From positions 32,001-96,000 of the forward strand of contig CAZVGK010000006.1 in the NCBI GenBank assembly GCA_964626665.1: a DNA stretch of 64,000 nucleotides, in the 5' to 3' direction. Of this stretch, positions 28,765 to 38,213 are shown one piece after another (the first letter of the stretch is position 1; every line of letters starts with the position of its first letter). The position numbers and the translations under genes are program-made. Below the pieces are notes generated by a model. The model ran no database searches, was not told the DNA's origin, and saw only the letters and a list, made by a program, of their open reading frames with translations. The DNA comes from an uncultured Gemmatimonadota bacterium (lineage in GTDB: Bacteria; SM23-81; DAOVCL01).

Positions 28765-30119
28765 GCAAGGTTCTGGTAGTAGACGACGAGGATGTGATTA
28801 GGGAGATGGTCAGGGAGGTCCTGGTGGGTGAGGGCTATGAGACTGTCACGGCGGAGGATGGTCGATCTGCCCTCAACAGGATCAAAGATGGGGGGATTAA
28901 CCTGCTGTTGACCGACATTAAGATGCCAGAGATGGGCGGAATGAAGTTGATCAAGGAGGCCAGGAAGTTGGACCCCGATCTGCTCTCCATAATAATGACT
29001 GGATATGGCACCTTGGAAACGGCAAGGAAGGCGATGAGGGAAGGGGCTTATGATTACCTTCTCAAGCCATTTGATCTGGTCGATTTGCGGATGGCCGTCT
29101 CCAGAGCCTTTGAGAGAAAGAGGCTAGATGAGGAGAATGCGCGCTTAAAACAGCTAACTGGCCTTTTTGAGGTTAGCCAGAAGTTAAGCGAAACCATAGA
29201 GAGGAATACACTCTCGGAGCTTCTCCTCCGCTCCGCCCTGGCCCAGACCCAGGCGGAACGGGGGGAAATATGGCTGGTGGATAGGGAGGGGAGGATGCAG
29301 GAGGTGGCCACCCACGGTGATGGTCTGGATCTAAAGGGGGTGGTGGGTGAGGTGGTCCAGGGGGGTGAACCCCTCTTCATGGCCGCAGATGAGGGGGAGC
29401 TAATCCTTCTCCCCTTAAAGGCCAGCAGGAAGGTGTTGGGGGTGATCGGTCTCCAGAAGGGCAGTGGCGGAAAGGGTTTTAGCCCGGGAGATCGAGAGCT
29501 ACTCAACCTTTTGGCCAACCAGGGAGCTATATCCTTAGAGAACAGCCACCTCTTCTCCAATCTTCAGGATGCCTATTTTTCCATTATAAAGTCCTTAAGC
29601 CTTCTCCTCGAGGTCAATGACCCCTATACAAAGGGGCACTCCCAGCGGGTAACCGAGCTCTGTCTGAAGTTGAGCAGAAAGCTTGGTTTGAAGGAGGGCG
29701 ATGTGCAGCTTTTAAAGCAGGCTGCCCCCCTGCACGATATAGGGAAGATAGCGATTAGTAATGGCATACTCCACAAGAAAGGGAAACTGAGCCCCAATGA
29801 TTGGAAGGCCATCAGATCACATCCCATTGTGGGGGATGAGGTCCTAGCCCCCATAGGTTTTTTGCAACAAGCCAGGAAGATCGTCCGTCATCATCACGAG
29901 AGGATGGATGGAAAAGGTTATCCAGATGGGTTAACTGGAGAGAAGCTTGACCTGCCCACCAGGATAATCATCGTTGCCGATGCCTACGATGCAATGGCCT
30001 CAGATCGTCCTTATCGGAACAGGCTCTCCCGGAAGAGGATCATCCAGGAATTTAGGGAAGGCGAGGGAATCCAGTTTGACCCCCAGATCGTCCATAGCCT
30101 TTTGGAGCTGTTAAATTGA
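28761..30119 (+). CDS. Response regulator-GAF-HD-GYP phosphodiesterase
   Basis: Receiver, GAF, then DPYTKGHS, HDIGK, HHERMDGKGYP. Confidence 0.92.
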   Translation: MSKVLVVDDEDVIREMVREVLVGEGYETVTAEDGRSALNRIKDGGINLLLTDIKMPEMGGMKLIKEARKLDPDLLSIIMTGYGTLETARKAMREGAYDYLLKPFDLVDLRMAVSRAFERKRLDEENARLKQLTGLFEVSQKLSETIERNTLSELLLRSALAQTQAERGEIWLVDREGRMQEVATHGDGLDLKGVVGEVVQGGEPLFMAADEGELILLPLKASRKVLGVIGLQKGSGGKGFSPGDRELLNLLANQGAISLENSHLFSNLQDAYFSIIKSLSLLLEVNDPYTKGHSQRVTELCLKLSRKLGLKEGDVQLLKQAAPLHDIGKIAISNGILHKKGKLSPNDWKAIRSHPIVGDEVLAPIGFLQQARKIVRHHHERMDGKGYPDGLTGEKLDLPTRIIIVADAYDAMASDRPYRNRLSRKRIIQEFREGEGIQFDPQIVHSLLELLN

Positions 30120-31468
30120 GTTTCCTTCTGATTGCCGGGGAGAGGGAGAACCCCACCATGAAGGTGGTGCGGAAGATGGTTTCCCAGAGGGGGGGAGGAG
30201 AGGTCTGGGCTCAAACCCCACAGGAGGCCCTGCAGCTAGCCGATCAGAACTCTCCTCAACTTGCCTTGGTGGATCTCGATTATTTGGGGGAGAAGTCCTT
30301 TGAGCTGATCAGAAGGCTTAAGTCCAAGAACCAGAGACTAAGGGTGGCACTAACCTCATTCCAGTCCTCCTTAGAGGATGCCATGCGGGCTGTTCGGGCG
30401 GGGGCTGAGGATTTTATCCCCCTTCCTCAGAAGATGGATAAGCTGGAGTCATTTTTGGAGAAACGTCTCAATGTAGAGGTAAACCCTTATAGCTTGGAGG
30501 GAAAGGGATTTGAATGGATAATCGGGGAGAGCTCAAAGCTAAAGAAGGTTCTGGAAATAGCCAGGAAGGTCAGCAGAAGTTCAGCTCGCACAGTCCTCAT
30601 CAGGGGGGAGACGGGGACAGGAAAGGGACTTTTGTGCCGGGCGATTCACTACTCTAGCCCAAGGGCCGATAAGCCCTTTATAGAGGTGAACTGCACGGCC
30701 ATCCCAGAGACGCTTTTGGAGGCAGAGCTCTTTGGCCACGAGAAGGGGGCCTATACCGATGCCAAGGAGAAAAAGCTGGGCCTCTTAGAGTTGGCTAACC
30801 TTGGGACTATCTTTCTCGATGAGGTGGGGAATATGAGCCTCAACACCCAGGTTAAGCTCCTCAATGCCATAGAGGAGAGAAAGTTTAAGAGATTGGGGGG
30901 AACAGAGGATATTAGGGTTGATATGAGGGTAATTACTGCCACCAATAAGGATTTGGAATCTGCGGTGAAAGATGGGAACTTCCGTGAAGATCTCTACTAC
31001 AGGCTCAATGTGGTCTCCCTCCTGCTTCCTCCCTTAAGGGAGAGGGAAGAGGATGTGATCCTCTTGGCCCATCACTTCATTCAAAAATACAACCGGGAGT
31101 TTAACCGTCGGGTCAGGGGGCTTACCCCAGAGGGGGAGAGGTTCTTGCTGGGTTACAACTGGCCAGGCAATGTGAGGGAATTGAAGAACTTCATCGAGAG
31201 GGCAGTCCTCCTGGGGGAGGGGGACTTCATTGGCCCAGGGACAGGGAGCATACCCGATGGTCACTACTCCCTTAAGAGGGCCGATGCGGGAGAAGATGAC
31301 CTTGCCGGCCTAGTGATAGGCCTGCCCGAGATGGAAAAGGGGCTTATCCAGAGGGCACTTAGGTTGACTAAGGGGAACAAGAGCCAGACGGCCCGTCTCC
31401 TGGATATATCTCGCCCTCGCCTGCTGCGTAAGATAGAGAAATACTCCCTCCAGGAAGATCACCTGTAA
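30116..31468 (+). CDS. sigma54-dependent transcriptional activator (atypical receiver, AAA+, Fis HTH)
   Basis: GETGTGK, ELFGHEKGAYTDA, FLDEVG, FREDLYYRL, WPGNVREL, GNKSQTARLLDISR. Confidence 0.92.
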   Translation: MSFLLIAGERENPTMKVVRKMVSQRGGGEVWAQTPQEALQLADQNSPQLALVDLDYLGEKSFELIRRLKSKNQRLRVALTSFQSSLEDAMRAVRAGAEDFIPLPQKMDKLESFLEKRLNVEVNPYSLEGKGFEWIIGESSKLKKVLEIARKVSRSSARTVLIRGETGTGKGLLCRAIHYSSPRADKPFIEVNCTAIPETLLEAELFGHEKGAYTDAKEKKLGLLELANLGTIFLDEVGNMSLNTQVKLLNAIEERKFKRLGGTEDIRVDMRVITATNKDLESAVKDGNFREDLYYRLNVVSLLLPPLREREEDVILLAHHFIQKYNREFNRRVRGLTPEGERFLLGYNWPGNVRELKNFIERAVLLGEGDFIGPGTGSIPDGHYSLKRADAGEDDLAGLVIGLPEMEKGLIQRALRLTKGNKSQTARLLDISRPRLLRKIEKYSLQEDHL

Positions 31469-31732
31469 CAAAATAGTTCACCACTGATACTACTCAGATC
31501 ACATTATAGTTTGCACATTGGTATTTTAAGTGTCATTGCGAGGCTTGTCCCGAGCGCAAGCGAGGGAACTGGCCGAAGCAATCTCATAGTCTAAACCTCC
31601 ATTAGGCGTTTTGGATTGCTTCGCTGCGTTCCCAATAAAAGTGTGCTGTCAGGAGTTACCTCCTGACAGCTCCTGAAAATTTCGATGAGCCGTCAGAACC
31701 CCGATTCTGACGGCAAAAGGTGGTTAGCGATC

Positions 31733-31800
31733 TGTAACAAAATAGACCATTAATTCGGCTATTTGGCAGTCTGATCATTTTGGTATACCAAAATGTTACA
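31733..31800. promoter_or_regulatory. Candidate upstream activator sequences for the downstream sigma54 promoter
   Basis: TGTAACAAAATAG (also at 31464) and perfect palindrome CATTTTGGTATACCAAAATG (31776..31795), about 80-150 nt upstream of the -24 box. Confidence 0.5.
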
Positions 31801-31881
31801 GTTTACTCTTTCAAAAAAATCATAGGTATAAAAACCCGTTGCTAAACAATGAGTTGGGGCATTAGACTCCAGTCCTCTTCC

Positions 31882-31897
31882 TGGCACGCCACTTGCA
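31882..31897 (+). promoter_or_regulatory. sigma54 promoter
   Basis: TGGCACGCCACTTGCA, exact match to TGGCACG-N4-TTGCW. Confidence 0.88.
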
Positions 31898-31938
31898 AGT
31901 AGTAAAGATGGAAAAGGAAAATTCACAGGAGGTGCCCC

Positions 31939-32499
31939 ATGCTTAAAGATCACAAATGGGAATTGGCCCTTATGGGTGGGTTCCTGCTTCTCACCCTTCT
32001 CTTCTACACCGGTTGTGGGCAGAAGGGAAGCCCTACTGCCCCTGAGGTCCCCAGGCTCCCTCAATCTGGTATTCGAATTCTAAGGTTGGGAGGTGCTGAT
32101 TCTGTGGGCGTAGTTTGTAAAGGGGAGCCACTCTATGCGGAGGAATTCATTGAGGCGGATGTAGGGGGTGAGGTTGAACTCGAGGGAGAATATGTGGATC
32201 ACGAGGTGGAGGTTCCTGCCGGTGCCCTGAGCGAAGATACCCTTATTTCTGTCGCCTGTCCGGATGCTCAATTGGCCGTGGTTAACTTTGGCCCTTGTGG
32301 TATCTCCTTCAATGTGCCAGTAAGTGTCTCGCTTTACTGGAGGGATGTGGAGGATGTAGGTGGCGACTTAGGGATTTATTGGTATGATGAGGAGCAGGGA
32401 AAGTGGGTAGAAATCCTGGCCAGGATCGAAGTTATCGGAAATGATGTCGATGCCGAGTTTGAACTTAATCACTTCTCCCGCTATGCACTGGCGGATTAG
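31939..32499 (+). CDS. Predicted lipoprotein with ZU5-like beta domain
   Basis: Signal peptide with YTGC lipobox; VPAGALSEDT, FGPCGISFNVPV, LNHFSRYA; AGGAGG RBS. Confidence 0.75.
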   Translation: MLKDHKWELALMGGFLLLTLLFYTGCGQKGSPTAPEVPRLPQSGIRILRLGGADSVGVVCKGEPLYAEEFIEADVGGEVELEGEYVDHEVEVPAGALSEDTLISVACPDAQLAVVNFGPCGISFNVPVSVSLYWRDVEDVGGDLGIYWYDEEQGKWVEILARIEVIGNDVDAEFELNHFSRYALAD

Positions 32500-32527
32500 T
32501 GATTAAAGGGCTTGGCCATTTCCCGAA

Positions 32528-32566
32528 AAGAAGAGAAGCCACGGGTCAACCGTGGCTTCTCTTCTT
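32528..32566 (+). terminator. Strong hairpin (terminator/attenuator) after the lipoprotein gene
   Basis: AAGAAGAGAAGCCACGG-GTCAA-CCGTGGCTTCTCTTCTT, perfect 17-bp stem. Confidence 0.7.
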
Positions 32567-32592
32567 GGGTTCTACCGTTAAATCATCAGAAA

Positions 32593-34374
32593 GTGAAGGA
32601 AATAAATACGGCAAGTTTAAAAGATGGCCTTCTCCGCCTCAAGGAGAAGGGGGATAAAGCCCAGGGAATCTCAGACTATAGGAAGGCTTCTGAATATTAT
32701 ACCTCTGCCCTCAAGGCTCTAAAGAGGGTGGAGGGAGTGAACTTGAGGGAGTTGGAGTTTGACCTTTTGCTCAAGCTGGGAAAGGTCAACGACCTTTTGG
32801 GGGATGCCCATAAGGCAATGGAAAATTTCCAGCTCTCCCTCGGGTTGGGGGAATTCGTCTATGGTCAACCTCTCTATCCTGAGCTTTTGCGGCAGATGGG
32901 GCGACTCTATGCTCGCAAGGGGGAGAGAGAAAAGGCGATCAGGTTCCTCTCCCGGAGCATTAGGGCGTTTAAACAGAGAGGAAACCTGAAGGGAATGGCT
33001 GACGGCTATCTCTCTCTGGGGAACATATCCTTTGAGCGCGGAGATTGGAAGGAGGTTGTGGAGTTTTTCAATCTTGCCCTCCAGATAGGGGAGAGGATGG
33101 ATGATTTCAAACTTATGGCCCATATATATAACAACTTTGGTGCTATGTTCAACATCCAAGGGGATTGGGAGGGAGCCATAACCTATTATCGGAAAAGCGG
33201 TGGATTATACCGGAGAATTAAGGATGATTTCGGTTTAGCCCGCACTTTCCACAATATAGGTATGACCTTCGTTGACCAGACGGACTACAGGAAGGCGGAC
33301 TACTATTTCAATCAGAGTCTGAGGATATCTGAGGCCAAAGGGATAGCCAGTTTAATGGCCACCACCTATCTGAGTAAGGCAGAGGTCTTTGTCAAATTCT
33401 CTCGTTTGAAGGAGGCCAGAAAGTTCTGCGATAAGGCAACAAAGCACTTTGAGAAACTGGAGGATGAGTTAGGGGTAGCTGAGGCAGAAAAATTGAAAGG
33501 GGCAATATATAGAGAGGGGAAGAAATGGAGTCTGGCTGAAGAACATCTGAGGAGGAGTGCGGAGATAAATCGTCGGGCCCAATGCCCTTTGGGTCTGGCC
33601 GAGGCCTATCGGGAGTTAGCCCTTATTTACAGGCGAAAAGGAGAAAACCGAAAGGCCTTAAGCCTTTTGGGGGAGACTATAGAACTCTTCAGGGCTCTGG
33701 GGGCAGAAAAGGATTTAGAAGAGGTCAGTAAAACGGTCTCTCAGATAGAGGAGCTCTATCTGAGGATAGTCCAGTCTATGGGTGCTCGGGTGGAGCAAAA
33801 AGATCCCTATACCCTTGGCCATTCCGCCAGGGTGGCTCAATACTCCCTGCGGATAGCCCAAAAACTTGGCCTCTCCTGGGAGAAGGTGAAGGGTATTCTC
33901 ACCGCTGCCTACTTGCATGACCTGGGGAAAATACATATAAAGGCCAGCATACTGAAGAAACCAGCAAAGTTAACCCCGGAAGAGTATGAGGAGATAAAGC
34001 TTCATCCGGCCAAGGCCTTGGAGGTTTTGCAGGGAGTTAAGTTCCCCTGGGGGGTAGAGGAGATTATCCTCCACCATCATGAAAGGTGGGATGGAAGAGG
34101 CTATCCCGAGGGACTCAAAGGTGAAGAGATTCCCTTAGGGGGAAGGATAATAGCTGTAGCCGACTCCTTTGATGCGATGACCACCACCCGCCCTTACAGG
34201 CCTGCCTTTAGTAAGAGGGAGGCCTTAGATGAGATAGAGGAAAAGATGGGGATAATGTATGATCCTAAGGTAGCCAAAGCTTTTTTGGAGGCGATGGAGG
34301 AAGAAGGGGAGGGAAAGGTAGACTATACATTTGATTCCGTTTGGGGGGACTCCCGTCAACGGCTTTCCCCATAG
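32593..34374 (+). CDS. TPR repeat + HD-GYP phosphodiesterase
   Basis: N-terminal TPR array; KDPYTLGHS, HDLGK, HHERWDGRGYP. Start placed at GTG 32593 because the track start (32512) runs through the hairpin. Confidence 0.85.
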   Translation: MKEINTASLKDGLLRLKEKGDKAQGISDYRKASEYYTSALKALKRVEGVNLRELEFDLLLKLGKVNDLLGDAHKAMENFQLSLGLGEFVYGQPLYPELLRQMGRLYARKGEREKAIRFLSRSIRAFKQRGNLKGMADGYLSLGNISFERGDWKEVVEFFNLALQIGERMDDFKLMAHIYNNFGAMFNIQGDWEGAITYYRKSGGLYRRIKDDFGLARTFHNIGMTFVDQTDYRKADYYFNQSLRISEAKGIASLMATTYLSKAEVFVKFSRLKEARKFCDKATKHFEKLEDELGVAEAEKLKGAIYREGKKWSLAEEHLRRSAEINRRAQCPLGLAEAYRELALIYRRKGENRKALSLLGETIELFRALGAEKDLEEVSKTVSQIEELYLRIVQSMGARVEQKDPYTLGHSARVAQYSLRIAQKLGLSWEKVKGILTAAYLHDLGKIHIKASILKKPAKLTPEEYEEIKLHPAKALEVLQGVKFPWGVEEIILHHHERWDGRGYPEGLKGEEIPLGGRIIAVADSFDAMTTTRPYRPAFSKREALDEIEEKMGIMYDPKVAKAFLEAMEEEGEGKVDYTFDSVWGDSRQRLSP

Positions 34375-34768
34375 ATTTTGGGAATGTTTTTCTCTGTGCC
34401 GTCAGGGCTCTGCCTTGACGGAATAAATCGAGGTGGCAGAACCCCGATTCTGCCACCGTCAGATTAGGGCATCTGAGGGCTCTGAATTTCCATTTTCTAT
34501 TTTCCCATTTATAATTCCCAATTCATAATTGCTTTTTTCCGTGAGATTCCGAGGTGAACTGTTACGACTTGGTGCAGACCGAGAGAAATCTTGTCCTGCC
34601 ATTTTATACTGATTTTTCCCTTGATATTAGATGGTTGTTTGCTTAAATTGTTTTTATAGGTAAAGAAAGTTCAAAGTCATCCAGAGGAATATATCTATGA
34701 ATAGGCCAGGTATAAGTAGTTGGGCGAAATGCTGAATTGAGAGGCAATAAACACTTGGGAGGCACAGT

Positions 34769-34987
34769 ATGATCCGTATGGTTGAAGTCATATATGAAGA
34801 TGAGGTATTAAAACCTCTTACGCCCATAGGGGGGCTTAGGAAACATGAGAGAACCTGGGTAATTCTCTGTCCTCGGACTAAGAAGAAAGCTTTACATGAA
34901 CTGGTTGGAACGCTAACTCATGAAGAAGCCGAGGCAATGCAGAAACTCATTGAGGAGGAGTTTGAGAAAATTGAGGGCGAATGGTAG
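34769..34987 (+). CDS. Antitoxin, DUF104/AF2212-like
   Basis: VEVIYEDEVLKPL motif; FEKIEGEW tail overlapping a PIN gene; GGAGG RBS. Confidence 0.75.
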   Translation: MIRMVEVIYEDEVLKPLTPIGGLRKHERTWVILCPRTKKKALHELVGTLTHEEAEAMQKLIEEEFEKIEGEW

Positions 34988-35381
34988 ATTAGCTGTTGAT
35001 ACCAATGCTGTGATCGCATATCGAGAAGGCATTCCTGAAGTCTGCAGTTTAATAGAAAGAGCAGATACGATCCTTTTGCCTGTTATTGTCTTGGGCGAGT
35101 TGCTCTATGGTGCAGCCAATAGTGCTCGCCCCCAAGAAAATGAACAAGCCGTTCGTAAATTTTTGGATCAATCCGTTCTTACACCTATAGATGAGAGTAT
35201 AGCTGCTCACTATGCTGCTGTTCGTTCAAAACTCAAAAAGATAGGTCGCCCTATCCCAGAGAACGATATTTGGGTTGCTGCGACATGCTTGGAACTTGGT
35301 GTGACTCTCCTTAGCCGAGATACTCATTTTAATTATATTGATGATTTGCCAGTGATTAATTGGATGTCTCGGAAATTCTAA
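34971..35381 (+). CDS. vapC: PIN-domain VapC toxin
   Basis: DTNAVI, LGELLYGA, PIPENDIWVAA, SRDTHF; TTG start inferred. Confidence 0.9.
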   Translation: MRANGRLAVDTNAVIAYREGIPEVCSLIERADTILLPVIVLGELLYGAANSARPQENEQAVRKFLDQSVLTPIDESIAAHYAAVRSKLKKIGRPIPENDIWVAATCLELGVTLLSRDTHFNYIDDLPVINWMSRKF

Positions 35382-35489
35382 AATTTCCGAGACAGTCATC
35401 AGGGAGTTGCGCTGAGTTGAACCATAAGGGTACATTCCACTGTGGGGGCGCTGTGCCGTCAGGGCTCTACCCTGACGAATAACCAAGAA

Positions 35490-35667
35490 GGCAGAACTGA
35501 GTTCTGCTCCCTTTTCATATTCCGTCATTGCGAGAAGCGTAGCGACCTGTCTGCGTGCCTGCCTGAGCGAGAACGCTCGCAGTCAGGCAACGCACAGGCA
35601 GGTGAGGCAATCTGGTGGCCTCAACCCCCATTCAGTTGTGCCGTCAGGGCTCTGCTTTGACGGAGTA
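35490..35667 (+). repeat. Direct repeat left of the thermonuclease/OB-fold pair, with 57-bp nested insertion
   Basis: Matches 36859..36977 (GGCAGAAC..GTTCTGC..TATTCCGTCATTGCGAG..GCAATCTGGTGGCCTCA..CATTCAGTTGTGCCGTCAGGGCTCTGC) except for the insert at 35547..35603. Confidence 0.85.
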
Positions 35668-35681
35668 AAAAGGAGGATCTT

Positions 35682-36311
35682 ATGATGAATAAATCAATTC
35701 GCGGTCACTGGATTTTGTTTTTGACCGGCATCATTCTTCTTGGAAGTTCTTTCATTCAAGCCCAGCAATCCACTCAGGATGTCCAACTTAAAAAAGAGCT
35801 AGAAAAGGCCAGAGTCAAGAAGGTGATTGATGGGGATACAGTGGTTTTGACTGATGGAAGAAAAGTGAGACTCATCGGAATAGATACTCCTGAGCTGAGC
35901 AATCCAAGCAAACCGGTGGAATTCTACGCTGAGGAGGCAAAGAAGTTTACGGAAGAGCAATGTGAGAACAAGCTGGTGACTCTTGAGTATGGGAATTCCA
36001 GAAAAGACAGATACAATCGGACCCTGGCCTACATTTATCTGCCAAGTGGGGAGATGTTGAATGAGAAGCTGCTTTCTGAGGGGTATGCTGTAGTTTATAC
36101 CCGTTTCCCTTTCAAATACATAGACCATTTTAGGGAGCTTGAGCAGAAAGCCCGCGAGGAGGAGAGGGGGTTCTGGGGGACATATTTGGGCAATTCCGAT
36201 GTCCGAAATCTTGTCCACGATTATATGCTGCTGGATGGAAAGGGTAGAGTGTTACTGCGTCGCTACTTAGCCAATTTACTGGGCTCACATGCTCGCAAAC
36301 TGGAGGATTAA
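35682..36311 (+). CDS. Secreted thermonuclease (SNase) family protein
   Basis: Signal peptide; VIDGDT, VRLIGIDTPE, DRYNRTLAY, AREEERGFW. Confidence 0.92.
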   Translation: MMNKSIRGHWILFLTGIILLGSSFIQAQQSTQDVQLKKELEKARVKKVIDGDTVVLTDGRKVRLIGIDTPELSNPSKPVEFYAEEAKKFTEEQCENKLVTLEYGNSRKDRYNRTLAYIYLPSGEMLNEKLLSEGYAVVYTRFPFKYIDHFRELEQKAREEERGFWGTYLGNSDVRNLVHDYMLLDGKGRVLLRRYLANLLGSHARKLED

Positions 36312-36314
36312 GCT

Positions 36315-36827
36315 ATGGCTGAAAAACACGGGATTAGCGATATTTATCTGAAACTAATGTTGGGTCTAATCGTCGTGCTGCTTTGTGGTATCCTGGTCAC
36401 CCTTGTGATTGGATTGACACGAACAGCCAGGCCGTCAGGCCCGGTACCTGGGATTTTCCACTCAAGGGCACAGGAGGCCAGGAAGTCCCTATCAACCAAG
36501 CCTGCTGTTGCCATACCTGAATCGGAAGAAGAGGGTACCGTTATATCCTGGGAAGATGCCGCGAAGCACTACGGTGAATACCTGACAGTGGAGGGAACTA
36601 TTGTGCTCACCTACAATTCTGGCAAAGCATGTTTCTTAAACTTTCATCCCGATTGGAAGGAGCACTTTTCAGTGGTGATCTTTGCCTCGGACTTCCCCAA
36701 GTTTCCTTCCCCCCCTGAGGAATACTACAGAGGCAAAAAGATCCAGGTGACAGGACGGATTAAGAGCTACCATGGTCGCCCCGAGATCATCGTGGAGGAT
36801 CCGAGCCAGATAGAGGTGTTGCGCTGA
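36315..36827 (+). CDS. Membrane-anchored OB-fold nucleic-acid-binding protein
   Basis: N-terminal TM; ISWEDAAKHYG...TVEG...FLNF...YRGKKIQVTGRIKSYHGRPEI. Confidence 0.75.
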   Translation: MAEKHGISDIYLKLMLGLIVVLLCGILVTLVIGLTRTARPSGPVPGIFHSRAQEARKSLSTKPAVAIPESEEEGTVISWEDAAKHYGEYLTVEGTIVLTYNSGKACFLNFHPDWKEHFSVVIFASDFPKFPSPPEEYYRGKKIQVTGRIKSYHGRPEIIVEDPSQIEVLR

Positions 36828-36858
36828 GCTTGAATCATAAGGTCACTTCCCCCGAGAT

Positions 36859-36977
36859 GGCAGAACTCTGTTCTGCCATCTTTCCGTATTCCGTCATTGC
36901 GAGGAGCGCAGTGACGAAGCAATCTGGTGGCCTCAGCCCCATTCAGTTGTGCCGTCAGGGCTCTGCCGCGATGGAGT
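36859..36977 (+). repeat. Direct repeat right of the thermonuclease/OB-fold pair
   Basis: Copy of 35490..35667 lacking the nested insert. Confidence 0.85.
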
Positions 36978-37220
36978 GAACCTCCCCTTACCCACAGGTG
37001 GGTATCCAAAACATTCTCTTACCCCTTGGTGGGGGAGGACTAAGGAAAGGGTGAAAACCATATCCGTTTTCCCCCTCCCCTTTTCTCACCAGGCGAGAGG
37101 GAACTATAAGGATGTCATTCCTTCCCCTTCACCGAAGAGGGGATTCTAAATGGTTTTTATAGAGTGAGGTGGCAGAACCTCAGTTCTGCCACTTTTTTGT
37201 TCCAGATGGCAGCCCTACCC

Positions 37221-37292
37221 GCACAATGGCGGAAATAGTTGTTGACTCCCCCCTTTTGATTTGGTATTTTCCCTGCAGATGAAACTGCTAAA
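37221..37292 (+). promoter_or_regulatory. Duplicated copy of the SpoIVB-gene promoter and first codons
   Basis: Near-identical to 42088..42160; TTGACT-17-TATTTT then CCCTGCAGATGAAA. Confidence 0.85.
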
Positions 37293-37325
37293 CAATAACG
37301 AGATAATATGTAGGCAAAGGTAGAT

Positions 37326-37556
37326 GTGATGAAAGTAAAATTCTCACGCCATGCAAAGAGAAGAGCCAAACTTTATAAAATTCCAGAATCAACAATTTTA
37401 GACATTTTGGAGAGCATAAAACTGCCCCAAGGTAAACATGAAATCACAAAAAGTGTTGAAGGATTTAAGTATCCGCTAAAAATTGTTATCTCTGTTGGCG
37501 GCGATATAATATCAATAATAACAACTTATCCTTTAAAGAAAGGGAGAAAGGTATGA
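37326..37556 (+). CDS. DUF4258-like putative toxin
   Basis: KFSRHAKRR...IITTYP pattern; ATGA overlap with the DUF2283 gene. Confidence 0.75.
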   Translation: MMKVKFSRHAKRRAKLYKIPESTILDILESIKLPQGKHEITKSVEGFKYPLKIVISVGGDIISIITTYPLKKGRKV

Positions 37557-37780
37557 AAGTATATTATGATAAAGAAGTAGATGCTCTGTATATAAAATTT
37601 GGGGACAATGTACCTGAAGGAGTTATTGAAATTTCGGAAGGGGTTAATTTAGACACGACTTCTGAAGACAAAATAGTCGGCATAGAGATTCTTGATGCCT
37701 CTAAAAAGATGGATATTGAAACAATACTTTCTTATACACTTGAATTAGACCAAAAATTATTAACTCAGAAGATAGCTTAA
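37553..37780 (+). CDS. DUF2283 family putative antitoxin
   Basis: MKVYYDKEVDALYI...IVGIEILDAS. Confidence 0.88.
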   Translation: MKVYYDKEVDALYIKFGDNVPEGVIEISEGVNLDTTSEDKIVGIEILDASKKMDIETILSYTLELDQKLLTQKIA

Positions 37781-37831
37781 CAACTCAGTCCAGCGGGCAT
37801 CTGAGGGTACCGCTGAATCCAATTGTTAAGA
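37775..37831 (+). mobile_element. attC integron cassette site (57 bp)
   Basis: GCTTAAC-AACTC-AGTCCAGC-(17 nt)-GCTGAAT-CCAATT-GTTAAGA: R''(7)/5/L''(8)/L'(7)/6/R'(7) geometry, overlapping the stop codon. Confidence 0.8.
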
Positions 37832-38178
37832 TTATAAGTGGGGGGGGGGAAACCAGGAAGGCATGGTGGGGACGTCCATAAGGTTATGAAAATTGCTGTT
37901 TCACAGGGTTGACCCCTTTCCCTCCTAAGGCGGATATACCCCCTTTTTTTTCGAGCTGGCAGAATCCCAGTTCTGCCAGCTTTTTTTTAGACTTCCGCAA
38001 TCCATTAAGCATTCGCCAAATCTCCGCTGTTTTATCCAAAACCTGCTTATTGGCTGAGCCGTCAGATCTCCTGATCTGGCGACCTCAAAATTTCCAATTT
38101 CAATTTCCACCTGATCACCTGATTTCCTGATCCTCTAATCCCTATTCCCTGTCCCCCGGGAACTGCTACAAAAATTCC

Positions 38179-38205
38179 TAAAGTTTTCGCTAAAAATGCC
38201 GATAA
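38179..38205 (+). promoter_or_regulatory. sigma28 (FliA/WhiG-type) promoter, copy 1
   Basis: TAAA-GTTTTCGCTAAAAAT(15)-GCCGATAA, exact consensus. Confidence 0.75.
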
Positions 38206-38213
38206 GATATTTA

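Noticed and set aside
32512-32592. Track N-terminal extension of TPR-HD-GYP (similar extensions at 13953, 15535, 34920, 42128, 61469)
   Set aside because: Extensions overlap terminators, promoters or upstream genes; better starts exist downstream.
34669-34724. attC-like site upstream of the antitoxin gene (ends GTTGGGC)
   Set aside because: No RYYYAAC partner or complementary L boxes could be found.
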